In this document: in pieces, positions 1 through 9,153 of the stretch | Numbering within the stretch: the stretch's first letter is position 1 | How the letters are laid out: every line of letters begins with the position of its first letter | Source of the DNA: a virus | Strand: one strand, 5' to 3' | DNA: 64,000 nt | Virus record (IMG/VR): IMGVR_UViG_3300020176_000013 | Location: 6,837-70,836 of that record | The notes under the pieces: generated by a model | Databases searched by the model: none | The model's input: only the letters and a program-made list of their open reading frames with translations | What the model was told of the DNA's origin: nothing | Program-made: the position numbers and the translations under genes

Positions 1-203
1 CATCTATTATACATTATGCAATAGGTACAAAAAAACCTTTATGGTTAAATGATTTTTTACCAGGATTGGAGTGGAGGTTTGGTTTTACTTATGAAGCAAA
101 GTATGAGCTTAAAGATATTCTTTATGATAAAACATGGCAACCTCCATCCTTTAAGAGTGTACAAAAAAAGACTAAGAAATTTTTAACAAAATCAGTATTT
201 TAA
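1..203 (+). CDS. 3' end of a probable glycosyltransferase (GT8-like), truncated by the window edge
   Basis: Frame 3 is open to TAA at 201-203: SIIHYAIGTKKPLW...KKFLTKSVF. IIHY..G..KP resembles the GT8 C-terminal motif. Confidence 0.45.
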   Translation, partial: SIIHYAIGTKKPLWLNDFLPGLEWRFGFTYEAKYELKDILYDKTWQPPSFKSVQKKTKKFLTKSVF

Positions 204-204
204 T

Positions 205-660
205 ATGAAAAATATGAAGACAATAACAACAGCAACCATTAAGATGGATAAAGGTGATCTTGTATTTAGATTACTTAATGAAACTCCAATACAAACTACA
301 ACCTTTATAAATCATGCGAAACGTGGGCATTTCCAAGGTGTTGATTTTTTTAGAGTAGAACCTGGATTTATTATACAATCTGGCCCAAAGCCTACAGGCG
401 GTCCTATGTGGGATGAAATCCGTCCTCCCAGAAGACTTACTGATAATAACACTCACTTTTTTGGCGTATTAAGTGCTGCTAATGCAGGTCAGCCTGACAC
501 TTCTATAGGTGGATTTTTTATATGTCTAGGGAGAAGTAAGTTTTTGGATAAAGGTTATACTACATTTGGCCATATTATGAGTGGCTGGGAACACTTGGAA
601 AAAATAGAAAAAGGCGATGTTATTAATGATATCATTATTAACACTTATACATTAAACTAA
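205..660 (+). CDS. Cyclophilin-type peptidyl-prolyl cis-trans isomerase
   Basis: FFRVEPGFIIQSG, GVLSAANAG.PDT...FFICL and FLDKGYTTFG motifs. Confidence 0.9.
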   Translation: MKNMKTITTATIKMDKGDLVFRLLNETPIQTTTFINHAKRGHFQGVDFFRVEPGFIIQSGPKPTGGPMWDEIRPPRRLTDNNTHFFGVLSAANAGQPDTSIGGFFICLGRSKFLDKGYTTFGHIMSGWEHLEKIEKGDVINDIIINTYTLN

Positions 661-679
661 GTTACTAATATCAATATAA
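654..679 (+). promoter_or_regulatory. Representative middle-type promoter AAAC-N17/18-TATAA (12 copies in the window)
   Basis: AAAC at 654, 1474, 4708, 6228, 13872, 23163, 26521, 42111, 45794, 49054, 50225 and 62502, each followed 17-18 nt later by TATAA just upstream of a gene. Confidence 0.75.
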
Positions 680-700
680 TAATAAACAAATTTTATTCTA

Positions 701-1450
701 ATGGAAACAACAATTAACAAAATCGACGGTTACGAATTAAGTTCATTCGTCCGCAAATTACTTCCAATTGACAAATTTATCTTTATGAAGATTGCAAAAG
801 AAGGAACAGTTTCTTCTGTCTATTTTCCTGAACGAGATGCTGTTAAATTGGTTAACACACCAACATCTGATATTTTTGATGCTGATATTGATTCACCAGT
901 AAAGGTAAGCTTCTATAATGGTACCAAAGTTATTGATGCATTAAGTCATTTTAATGGTGATGTAAAAGGTCGCATTAAGTATACTGAATATGATGGTGAA
1001 TTAATGGCAAGTGATTTTATTTTAGAAAATGATGATTTACAAATCAATCTTGCTTGTACTGATCCTTCTCTTTCGTTTATGGAAATGAGTAAAGAAGAAA
1101 CTGATAGAGCATTTGGTACTGAATCTAAAATGTTTGAATTTGATCTTCTCACAACTCATGTAGATAAAATGAAATCATTATTTAATCTTGATAAAGATGA
1201 GGATATTTTTACTCTTTACATTGGAGAAAAAGGAATCAACATTAAAGGTACTTCATACGATGCTACACTTTGCCATTCTTATGATTCTACTGTTGATGCA
1301 GGGGCGAAGGTTGTAATTTACAAAAAATATATTAATCTCTTGGATAAAGAAAACTACAAAGTAAGTGTATGTGAAAATAAAGTTGTTTTCAAATCATTAG
1401 ATACTAATACTCATCTTACTGTGGCGGTTGCAATCACTGACGAGGATTAA
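701..1450 (+). CDS. Sliding clamp (T4 gp45-like)
   Basis: 249 aa, acidic, two-domain size, next to the DNA polymerase gene; clamp loader is in the same window. Confidence 0.6.
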   Translation: METTINKIDGYELSSFVRKLLPIDKFIFMKIAKEGTVSSVYFPERDAVKLVNTPTSDIFDADIDSPVKVSFYNGTKVIDALSHFNGDVKGRIKYTEYDGELMASDFILENDDLQINLACTDPSLSFMEMSKEETDRAFGTESKMFEFDLLTTHVDKMKSLFNLDKDEDIFTLYIGEKGINIKGTSYDATLCHSYDSTVDAGAKVVIYKKYINLLDKENYKVSVCENKVVFKSLDTNTHLTVAVAITDED

Positions 1451-1451
1451 A

Positions 1452-1475
1452 TTAAAGGCACTTAGGTGCCTTTAA
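1452..1475 (+). terminator. Hairpin/terminator after the clamp gene
   Basis: TTAAAGGCAC-TTAG-GTGCCTTTAA perfect 10-bp stem. Confidence 0.6.
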
Positions 1476-1506
1476 ACTTTCACAAATATCAACATATAAA
1501 GATAAG

Positions 1507-2625
1507 ATGACAGAGAAATTAAAAAGCATAAAAGAAGAGGCTTCTAAGTACTATAATTATGAACAGGCTGTAAAGCTGATGCTTAACTCTATTTATGGTG
1601 CATTTGGTAATCCTTACTTTTATTTCTTTAATGTTGATATAGCAGAAACTATTACTCTTCAAGGTAAAGATGCTATCCTCTATACCGAAAAACTCATTAA
1701 TAAATACTTCAAAGAATTTTGGCATAAAGATATACCTGCTCATACTGAGATGGGAATAACAGTTACAGGTAAAATTGAAAATCCTGTAGGCATTTATATT
1801 GATACAGATTCTGTATATGTTAAGTTTGATGAGGTAATTAAAAAGAGTGAAGGCTGGCAAGGTGATGAAAAGGAATTTATTCTTAAGCTTTATGAGGTAA
1901 GACTTAATGATTATATTGAAAAGATCCTCCAAAAATATGCTGATGATAATAATGCTGAAAATTTCTTAAGCTTTGAATTGGAAAGTATTGCAAAAAATGC
2001 AATATGGTTGGCTAAGAAAAAGTATATGCAAAATATTGTTTGGAAGGATCCTAATATTCATTATGATGATCTTTCTAAAATTAGTTCAAAAGGATTTGAA
2101 ATTATCCAATCATCCACTCCACTGTTTGCTAGAGAAAAACTTAAAGAGTTGCTAACATACATCTTTTCTGTTAAGGAATTGGATATGGGAAAATTTGCTG
2201 CATTACTTAAGGATATTAAAAGGCAGTTTAGATTAGCAAATGTCGATCAAATTAGTTTTTCTCGTAAAGTAAATAATTATCAAAAATATATTGTAAGTGA
2301 TTATGATACTTTTGAAATTGCGTCAAAATGCCCAATAGGTGTAAGATCTGCAGGGTATCATAATTATCTTCTAAATAATTCAGGGCTTAAAGGAAAATAT
2401 CAACCTTTAGGAAATGGGGAAAAATGTAAAATGTATTTTTCTGTGGATAAATCATGCGATGTATTTGCATATGCACCAGGGGATTACCCTTATGAATTTG
2501 CGCCTAAAATTGATTATGATAGACAATTTGAAAAAACTATATTGGATCCAATTAATCGGGTCGTAACAGCAATGGGATTTAAATCATTTAACAGAAATCT
2601 GATTTATACCACAAGCTTATTTTAA
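1507..2625 (+). CDS. Family B DNA polymerase, C-terminal subunit (split gp43-like)
   Basis: Starts at motif B (KLMLNSIYGAFGN) and has motif C (YIDTDSVY), KKKY and thumb. No exonuclease domain and no motif A. Confidence 0.9.
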   Translation: MTEKLKSIKEEASKYYNYEQAVKLMLNSIYGAFGNPYFYFFNVDIAETITLQGKDAILYTEKLINKYFKEFWHKDIPAHTEMGITVTGKIENPVGIYIDTDSVYVKFDEVIKKSEGWQGDEKEFILKLYEVRLNDYIEKILQKYADDNNAENFLSFELESIAKNAIWLAKKKYMQNIVWKDPNIHYDDLSKISSKGFEIIQSSTPLFAREKLKELLTYIFSVKELDMGKFAALLKDIKRQFRLANVDQISFSRKVNNYQKYIVSDYDTFEIASKCPIGVRSAGYHNYLLNNSGLKGKYQPLGNGEKCKMYFSVDKSCDVFAYAPGDYPYEFAPKIDYDRQFEKTILDPINRVVTAMGFKSFNRNLIYTTSLF

Positions 2626-2639
2626 AAAAAATAATATTT

Positions 2640-3800
2640 ATGAAAAACACTAAGTTTAGAATTCACGTATTAGGTTTACCTCATACAATCACAAATGAAG
2701 ATTTTGTTGCATGTGCATATACACAAAAGGCATGGAAGTTTTGTAAAATGATGGCAGATCGGGGTCATTATATAATGCATTATGGTCATGAAGACTCTGA
2801 CACGATGGCTGATGAAAACGTTACAGTTATAACCAATGAAATATGGGATAAGGTATACGGTACTCATGACTACAAAAGTAAATGGTTTACATATGATGTA
2901 AATGATGAAGCTTACCAAACATTTTATAAGAATGCCATTGAAGAAATAGGTAAGAGAAAACAACCTAATGATATTATTTTACCTTTCTGGGGTGGTGGTG
3001 TAAGGCCTATTTGCGATGCACACCCGGACCTAATTACAATAGAACCCGGTATCGGTTATGCAGGTGGGCATTGGGCTGATTTTAAAGTATTTGAATCTTA
3101 CGCAATTTATCATGCATATTGTGGATTATATAATGTAGGTACTTGTGCACAAAAGAATTATGATATAGTAATACCTAATTATTTTGATTTAGACCAATTT
3201 GAATATAAAGAAGAGAAAGAAGATTATTTCTTATTTTTAGGTAGAGTTTATACAGGGAAAGGTATTAATATTGCAATAGAAGTATGTGAAGCCGCCGGTG
3301 TAAAATTAAAGGTTGCTGGCCAACTTGATCCTTCTTATGAAAATTATGATTGGCCAGACCATGTTGAATTTGTAGGTTATGCTGGGGTTGAAGAAAGAAA
3401 GGAGCTGATGAAAAATGCAAAAGGGTCATTTTTAGCATCCCAGTATCTTGAACCTTTTGGTGGTGTACAAATTGAAAATCTTCTTGCAGGAACCCCAACG
3501 ATCTCTTCTGATTGGGGTGCATTTACCGAAAACAATATTGAAGGTGTTACCGGGTATCGCTGTAGAACATTTGAAGACTATGTAAGAGCAGTTAAAAATA
3601 TACAAAAAGGTAAAATAAAATCAAAAGACTGTAGAAAACATGGTGAGAAATTTTCATTAGAATCTATAGCCCCTATGTATGAAGACTTTTTTAGAAAAGT
3701 AACAGATATTTATACTGGTAGAGGCTGGTATGAAATCTGGGACGAGTCTCTGTATTCCAAGGATTATCTTAAAGGTAAAAAAAAACTGAAAAAGAAGTAA
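2640..3800 (+). CDS. GT-B (GT4-like) glycosyltransferase
   Basis: FLFLGRV...KG and EPFGGVQIENLLAGTPTISSDWG (EX7E motif). Confidence 0.88.
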   Translation: MKNTKFRIHVLGLPHTITNEDFVACAYTQKAWKFCKMMADRGHYIMHYGHEDSDTMADENVTVITNEIWDKVYGTHDYKSKWFTYDVNDEAYQTFYKNAIEEIGKRKQPNDIILPFWGGGVRPICDAHPDLITIEPGIGYAGGHWADFKVFESYAIYHAYCGLYNVGTCAQKNYDIVIPNYFDLDQFEYKEEKEDYFLFLGRVYTGKGINIAIEVCEAAGVKLKVAGQLDPSYENYDWPDHVEFVGYAGVEERKELMKNAKGSFLASQYLEPFGGVQIENLLAGTPTISSDWGAFTENNIEGVTGYRCRTFEDYVRAVKNIQKGKIKSKDCRKHGEKFSLESIAPMYEDFFRKVTDIYTGRGWYEIWDESLYSKDYLKGKKKLKKK

Positions 3801-4720
3801 CAGGGAAGCCTAAAGTAGCATTTTGGACTGAAGGCGGCTGGGCATTAGGTCTTATCTATAAATCTTTACAAAAATTACTTTCTCATAAATTTGATATAGA
3901 TTTTTATGATTGGAGTAAGCCTGGAGATAATATAGAATTTTTTACTAATGAAAAGTGGAAAGACTATGACATTATAGCAGGAAATTCTGCTCTTAATTGG
4001 ATGGCAGAAGAATCTGGTTGGATGAAGTCAACTCCACAAGAATTTTTAAATAAAATGGCTATAACAATATGGGCCAAGCCAAATCCTGATAATCCACATT
4101 TTAATGTAAAATTAAAATACTATGATGGTCCAATTTTTTCTTCACCTACACCTGAAATTGCAGAAAAGGTAAAAAATGATTTTGGTATAGATACTGATAT
4201 TGTTAAGACTGGTAAAATACCAAGTATGTTTAAGCCTATTAAAAAAGTTAGAAATATTAAAACTTTAGGTATGAATGGGCAACCTTTTACTAATACGCAC
4301 TGGGATGCAGTTAAAAGACCAGAGCTTCTTAATGAAATTGCAGAACTTTCGGATTGTAAAACTGAATTTATTTGTAATAGTAAAGAAACTGGAAGTAGAA
4401 TATACAAGGACATCGATATGTATGTCTGTACATCTGTGCATGATGCAGGGCCTGCTGGTATAGTAGAATGTGCATTTGGAAAAATCCCAGTTATCTCTAC
4501 TCCAACTGGGTATGGTAATGTGATTAAGTCAATTAAAACTTTTGAAACGGCAGAAGAAGCTGCTGCCATTATTAAGGAATTAAATAGTTCACCTGATCTT
4601 TTAGAAAAATATGTTAACGAGGTTTATGAAGAAGTTCTTAGAGAATACGACATAACAAAAAATGCAATAGAGTATTGGATTCCTTTCTTTGAGAAAAGGT
4701 TAAATTTAAACAAATCCTAA
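3779..4720 (+). CDS. Second GT-B glycosyltransferase domain, probably reached by a -1 shift from the upstream gene (first ATG only at 4001)
   Basis: The frame is open from 3779 (KKTEKEVTGKPKVAFWTEGGWALG...) with no ATG/GTG/TTG before 4001. DAGPAGIVECAFGKIPVISTPTG motif. Confidence 0.75.
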   Translation, partial: KKTEKEVTGKPKVAFWTEGGWALGLIYKSLQKLLSHKFDIDFYDWSKPGDNIEFFTNEKWKDYDIIAGNSALNWMAEESGWMKSTPQEFLNKMAITIWAKPNPDNPHFNVKLKYYDGPIFSSPTPEIAEKVKNDFGIDTDIVKTGKIPSMFKPIKKVRNIKTLGMNGQPFTNTHWDAVKRPELLNEIAELSDCKTEFICNSKETGSRIYKDIDMYVCTSVHDAGPAGIVECAFGKIPVISTPTGYGNVIKSIKTFETAEEAAAIIKELNSSPDLLEKYVNEVYEEVLREYDITKNAIEYWIPFFEKRLNLNKS

Positions 4721-4752
4721 TTTTTCTATATAATAATAAAATAAAAACAAAT

Positions 4753-5949
4753 ATGGCAAAAGAATTTTCATTCGCAGATCTAAATAAAGAAATGTCAAAA
4801 CACTCCACATACGGAGATACCTTAGATAAATCAACCATTTCTGAAATAGATCATTACATTCCAACGGGAAATTATCATCTTAATGCATGTTTAACAGGAT
4901 CTTTATTTGGAGGTTATCCTAATAATAGAGCAGTTGCATTAGCCGGCCCATCAGGTACTGGCAAAACATATCTTATTCTTAATGCAATTAAACAAGCACA
5001 GCAGCAAGGATATAGTATTGTATTTTATGACTCTGAAAATGCTGTCGATAAAAGATTGGTAGAAAAATTTGGTATTGATTCATCTAAGTTTAGATATGAG
5101 CCATGTAATACAGTCCAAGAATTTAGAAGTTCGGTAACTGCAATTACTGATGTACTTATAGAACAAAAGAAGAAGGGTGTTGAATTACCTAAGATCATGG
5201 TAGTCTTAGATTCTGCAGGTAACCTTGCAACACAAAAGGAAATCGATGATGCCAAAACAGGAAGTAGTAAAGCCGATATGACAAGAGCCAAATTGCTTAA
5301 GTCTACATTCCGTATTATTATGACACAATTTGGTATCTGTAAGATTCCATTCCTATTTTCAAATCACACTTACCAAACGCAAGATCTTTTTTCTCGCCAA
5401 GTTGGCGGTGGTGGTACTGGACCTGAATATGCTGCATCTATTATCTTATTCTTAGGTAAGGCTAAACTTAAAGAAGGTATTGAACAAACTGGTATTATTG
5501 TAACCGCTAAACCTAATAAGAATAGGTTTGCAAAACCAACAAATATTAAGTTTCACATTTCCTTTAATAAAGGAATGAATCCTTACATTGGCTTAGAAGA
5601 ATATATTAGTTGGGATACATGTGGTATTGAAAGAGGAAGGTTTATCAATGCAAATGCTTACGATAAATTAACCGATCCTGGTAAAGCTGAATGTAGAGAG
5701 CATATCTACGAAAAAGATGGTAAAGAAGTAACAGTATATTTCCAACCTGCTGCAACTGCAAGGAAGATGTGTGTTGCCCACCTTAATGATACTGTTGATC
5801 TTAATCAATTATTTACTCCTCAAGTATTAACTGAAGAAGTTCTTCAAAAATTAGAACCTATCGTCGCTGACAAATTTAAATATGGTGAAGAGATTGATGT
5901 GGAGAACTTATCTGAAATGTTAGAATCTGATGTTGAAGAAAACTCTTAA
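4753..5949 (+). CDS. uvsX: RecA-like recombinase UvsX
   Basis: Walker A AGPSGTGKT, YDSENA, VLDSAGNL, GGGTGPEYAAS, KNRF. Confidence 0.93.
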   Translation: MAKEFSFADLNKEMSKHSTYGDTLDKSTISEIDHYIPTGNYHLNACLTGSLFGGYPNNRAVALAGPSGTGKTYLILNAIKQAQQQGYSIVFYDSENAVDKRLVEKFGIDSSKFRYEPCNTVQEFRSSVTAITDVLIEQKKKGVELPKIMVVLDSAGNLATQKEIDDAKTGSSKADMTRAKLLKSTFRIIMTQFGICKIPFLFSNHTYQTQDLFSRQVGGGGTGPEYAASIILFLGKAKLKEGIEQTGIIVTAKPNKNRFAKPTNIKFHISFNKGMNPYIGLEEYISWDTCGIERGRFINANAYDKLTDPGKAECREHIYEKDGKEVTVYFQPAATARKMCVAHLNDTVDLNQLFTPQVLTEEVLQKLEPIVADKFKYGEEIDVENLSEMLESDVEENS

Positions 5950-6229
5950 TACCGCCAAGCTTAAAGTAAAGCACGTATTAGGAAATCATACAACACTACC
6001 AAACTATCCAGATGCTGAGGATATTACCTATGAACTGATACGTGACTACTGTGGTAAAGTAGCAAAAGAGATTAAGTTCACTAACGTTTCTTTGCAAAAG
6101 AAGTATAGTCTTTCTGATGAAAAGACTAATGAGATTATTATGCAACTTAGGAGGGATAAAATTATTGATGTATCCTTATCTAATTCTGCATATACTACTT
6201 ATGAGGTTATACGAAACCCATACGAATAA
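5930..6229 (+). CDS. Hypothetical protein (possible winged helix)
   Basis: 99-aa ORF overlapping the uvsX stop. Confidence 0.6.
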   Translation: MLKKTLNTAKLKVKHVLGNHTTLPNYPDAEDITYELIRDYCGKVAKEIKFTNVSLQKKYSLSDEKTNEIIMQLRRDKIIDVSLSNSAYTTYEVIRNPYE

Positions 6230-6266
6230 ACTAAGTATAGTTTTTGCTATATAAAAATAAATTAAG

Positions 6267-7550
6267 ATGAATTCTAGCACAGATCACGAAAAAATATTCT
6301 TTAACTATTTTCTAAAGAAGCCACATTACTTAAAGAGTACAGGCCCAGGATTTTTTAGTAATAGTGATTTAGATCATATAGCAAAATTATCTAAAAAGTT
6401 TTATACCGATTTTGGTGAAAGCCCATCAAGAGAGCAGATGAAGGCTCTCATTAAAGATGATCCTAATGAAATTCCAGAAAATATTGTATCAAGTATTTAT
6501 GATATTAATATTAATGAATATGATCAAGATTGGCTAAAAAGAACGGGTGAAGCTTGGGTTAAGTGGAAACATTTTGATAAGCAATTAATTAAAACCATTG
6601 AATATGTAAAAACACAAGATGTTTCTCCAGAAAATGTAGAAGATGTTGTTACTCGTGCTATTGGTATGATTTCTACTGATGGGTCTTTAAACTTTGATAC
6701 TGATATTGGATTAGACTTTTTTAATCCTGAGCACCACATACAAAGAACTTCAAAAAAGATCGAAACTGGGTGGACGTTTGTAGATAATGTTTCGGGTGGC
6801 GGGTATGACACTAAATCTCTTATTGTATATGCCGGTGAACAGAATATTGGTAAATCTATTTGGTTAGCCAACGATGCTGCCAATTTTGTTAGAATGGGAC
6901 ATAATGTAGTATTCATTTCAGCTGAGATGTCTGCTCAAAAAGTACTTAAGAGAATTGGTTCTAATCTTTTAGGTATTCCTATGCCACAGTATGATGAAAA
7001 GACCGGCAATAGAGATTTTATGAAACGTAAACTTGAAAGGATATCACGAGGGTTATTACCACCAGGTAAACTTTTTGTAAAAGAAATGCCAACATCACAG
7101 GGTACTGTTCTTGATATTGAAGCTTATCTCAAAGACTTAGAAGAAACTCAGGATCATAAAGTAAATGTATTAGTTGTTGATTACATTAATATTCTTGCAA
7201 ATTATAGAAATCCTAATACTGAAAATACTTATATGAAAATTAAACAAATTGCCGAAGATCTCCGGGCTCTTGCCGTTAAGAGAGATATGTTGGTAATTTC
7301 AGCAACGCAGATTAATCGTGGCGCGTGGGATGCAACTGAAGTAAGGATGGAAAACATTGCAGAATCTGCAGGTCTTGCACATACTGCTGATGTCATGTAT
7401 GCACTGATTCAAGATTCTATGATGCACGCAAATCGTGAGTATTGGTTAAAGGTACTTAAAATTAGAGACGGTCAAGGTAAGGGAACTCGATGTAGGTTCA
7501 ATATTGATTATGAGCATATGAGATTAACTGAAACAGATGACATAAATTAA
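6267..7550 (+). CDS. gp41: Replicative DnaB-like helicase (gp41)
   Basis: AGEQNIGKS, ISAEMS, VVDYINI, SATQINR, AESAGLAHTAD, KIRDG. Confidence 0.93.
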   Translation: MNSSTDHEKIFFNYFLKKPHYLKSTGPGFFSNSDLDHIAKLSKKFYTDFGESPSREQMKALIKDDPNEIPENIVSSIYDININEYDQDWLKRTGEAWVKWKHFDKQLIKTIEYVKTQDVSPENVEDVVTRAIGMISTDGSLNFDTDIGLDFFNPEHHIQRTSKKIETGWTFVDNVSGGGYDTKSLIVYAGEQNIGKSIWLANDAANFVRMGHNVVFISAEMSAQKVLKRIGSNLLGIPMPQYDEKTGNRDFMKRKLERISRGLLPPGKLFVKEMPTSQGTVLDIEAYLKDLEETQDHKVNVLVVDYINILANYRNPNTENTYMKIKQIAEDLRALAVKRDMLVISATQINRGAWDATEVRMENIAESAGLAHTADVMYALIQDSMMHANREYWLKVLKIRDGQGKGTRCRFNIDYEHMRLTETDDIN

Positions 7551-7559
7551 ATAAAAAAT

Positions 7560-8066
7560 ATGTGGGGCAAAAAGAAAAAACCAAAATTAGATGAGAATGG
7601 GAATCCTATTCCAGAACCAAAAAAGACATTAGCTGATAAAGACAAAATATTTAACAATACCTATGGTGAACAAGACATAACAGAAAATAAAGTTAGTTTC
7701 ACAGTCTCTTCTTCGTATATGGATGATATGGATCCAGATGATAAGATGCATTACGAACTATTAATTAAGAAAATAGACCAGCTAATAAAGGGGAGTGAAT
7801 ATGAACATTTAAATGAAGCAACACCAGAAGGAGTCATAAAGAAATTAAATAAGGTTCAAATAAACAAAGTATATTCATATGTCATTGAGCATTTAGGGGA
7901 AGGTTATACTAGGGTTGATTTATTTAGTGTTATATCAGATTACTTCGATGTATTTCCTAATAAATTTTACAATTCTCTTTCTAACAAATTTAAAGATGAA
8001 CTTATTAAAGAGTTAGATGATAAGTATAATATCCTAGAGAAGAGAAAAATCAGAAAATTATTTTAA
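7560..8066 (+). CDS. Hypothetical protein, possibly a gp33-like late-transcription coactivator
   Basis: C-terminal helical part (LFSVISDYFD...LSNKFKDELIKEL) loosely resembles gp33; ends in KLF. Confidence 0.35.
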   Translation: MWGKKKKPKLDENGNPIPEPKKTLADKDKIFNNTYGEQDITENKVSFTVSSSYMDDMDPDDKMHYELLIKKIDQLIKGSEYEHLNEATPEGVIKKLNKVQINKVYSYVIEHLGEGYTRVDLFSVISDYFDVFPNKFYNSLSNKFKDELIKELDDKYNILEKRKIRKLF

Positions 8067-8067
8067 C

Positions 8068-9153
8068 ATGGCAAGAGTTTGGATGGTAAGTGATTCTCAT
8101 CTTGGGTGTAGATCAAATTCTGTATTGTGGCTTAATATCATTGAAGATTATTTTTTTAACTTTTTCATACCTTTAGTAAAGAAAGAGTATAAAGAAGGTG
8201 ATGTTCTTTATCATTTAGGAGATGTATTTGATAATAGGCAAAGCGTAAACCTTGCTGCCCAGGATTTAGCAATCAGAGTTTTTGAGGAATTAGGAAAAGT
8301 ATTTCCAGATATTCATATTATTGTAGGTAATCATGATATTATGAGAAAGAACTCCAATGACATTGCTTCTGTGGATTGTCTTAAGTATGTTCCTAACGTA
8401 ACAGTTCATAAAGAGCCAAAGATTTTGGAGTACGGAGACACTAAATGTCTATTGATGCCATGGAGAAGAGATCATAAACATGAAAAAGAAACCTTGGATT
8501 CAATTAAAGATAAAATTGACTATATGTTTTGTCATACTGAAACGAGAGGTGTTCAGACTAGTCCTAGTACAAAACACTTACACGAAGGAGGTAATGAAGT
8601 AAGTATCTTTAAAAGGTTTAAAAGAGTTTACTCTGGTCATATTCATTACAGACAAGATAAGCAAAATTTTGTACTCGTTGGGAATCCTTACCAAATGACC
8701 AGATCCGACCGAGGTAATCAAAAAGGTATATACCTATTAGATTTAGATACTGGAAAGCACCAATTCTTTATGAATAAAAGGAGTCCAGTATTTATTAGGT
8801 ATTATATTAATGATATCTTAGAGATGAGAATGGAGGATATAAAGAAGGAAATAAAGGATAATTTTGTTGATGTGTTTATTCCTTCAAACATATTAGGAAA
8901 GTATAACATTAATAAGTTTATGGATTACCTTGATGGTATGGCCCGTAAACTAGAGCCCAGAATTTATGATGAAGAAAATCCTTATGATAGAGAAGATGGG
9001 GAAATGTCAGACTTTAATGGAGAGATTAACTTAATGAACATTGCGGCTGAATATATTAATTCTTTAGATTATGAAGAAGATCTAAAAGATAGACTTAAAA
9101 ATTCAGTACAAGAATTGTATAAACGAACATTATCACCGAACCATGAAGATTAA
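8068..9153 (+). CDS. gp47: Mre11/SbcD-like recombination nuclease (gp47)
   Basis: SDSHLG, HLGDVFD, GNHD, SGHIH motifs. Confidence 0.92.
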   Translation: MARVWMVSDSHLGCRSNSVLWLNIIEDYFFNFFIPLVKKEYKEGDVLYHLGDVFDNRQSVNLAAQDLAIRVFEELGKVFPDIHIIVGNHDIMRKNSNDIASVDCLKYVPNVTVHKEPKILEYGDTKCLLMPWRRDHKHEKETLDSIKDKIDYMFCHTETRGVQTSPSTKHLHEGGNEVSIFKRFKRVYSGHIHYRQDKQNFVLVGNPYQMTRSDRGNQKGIYLLDLDTGKHQFFMNKRSPVFIRYYINDILEMRMEDIKKEIKDNFVDVFIPSNILGKYNINKFMDYLDGMARKLEPRIYDEENPYDREDGEMSDFNGEINLMNIAAEYINSLDYEEDLKDRLKNSVQELYKRTLSPNHED

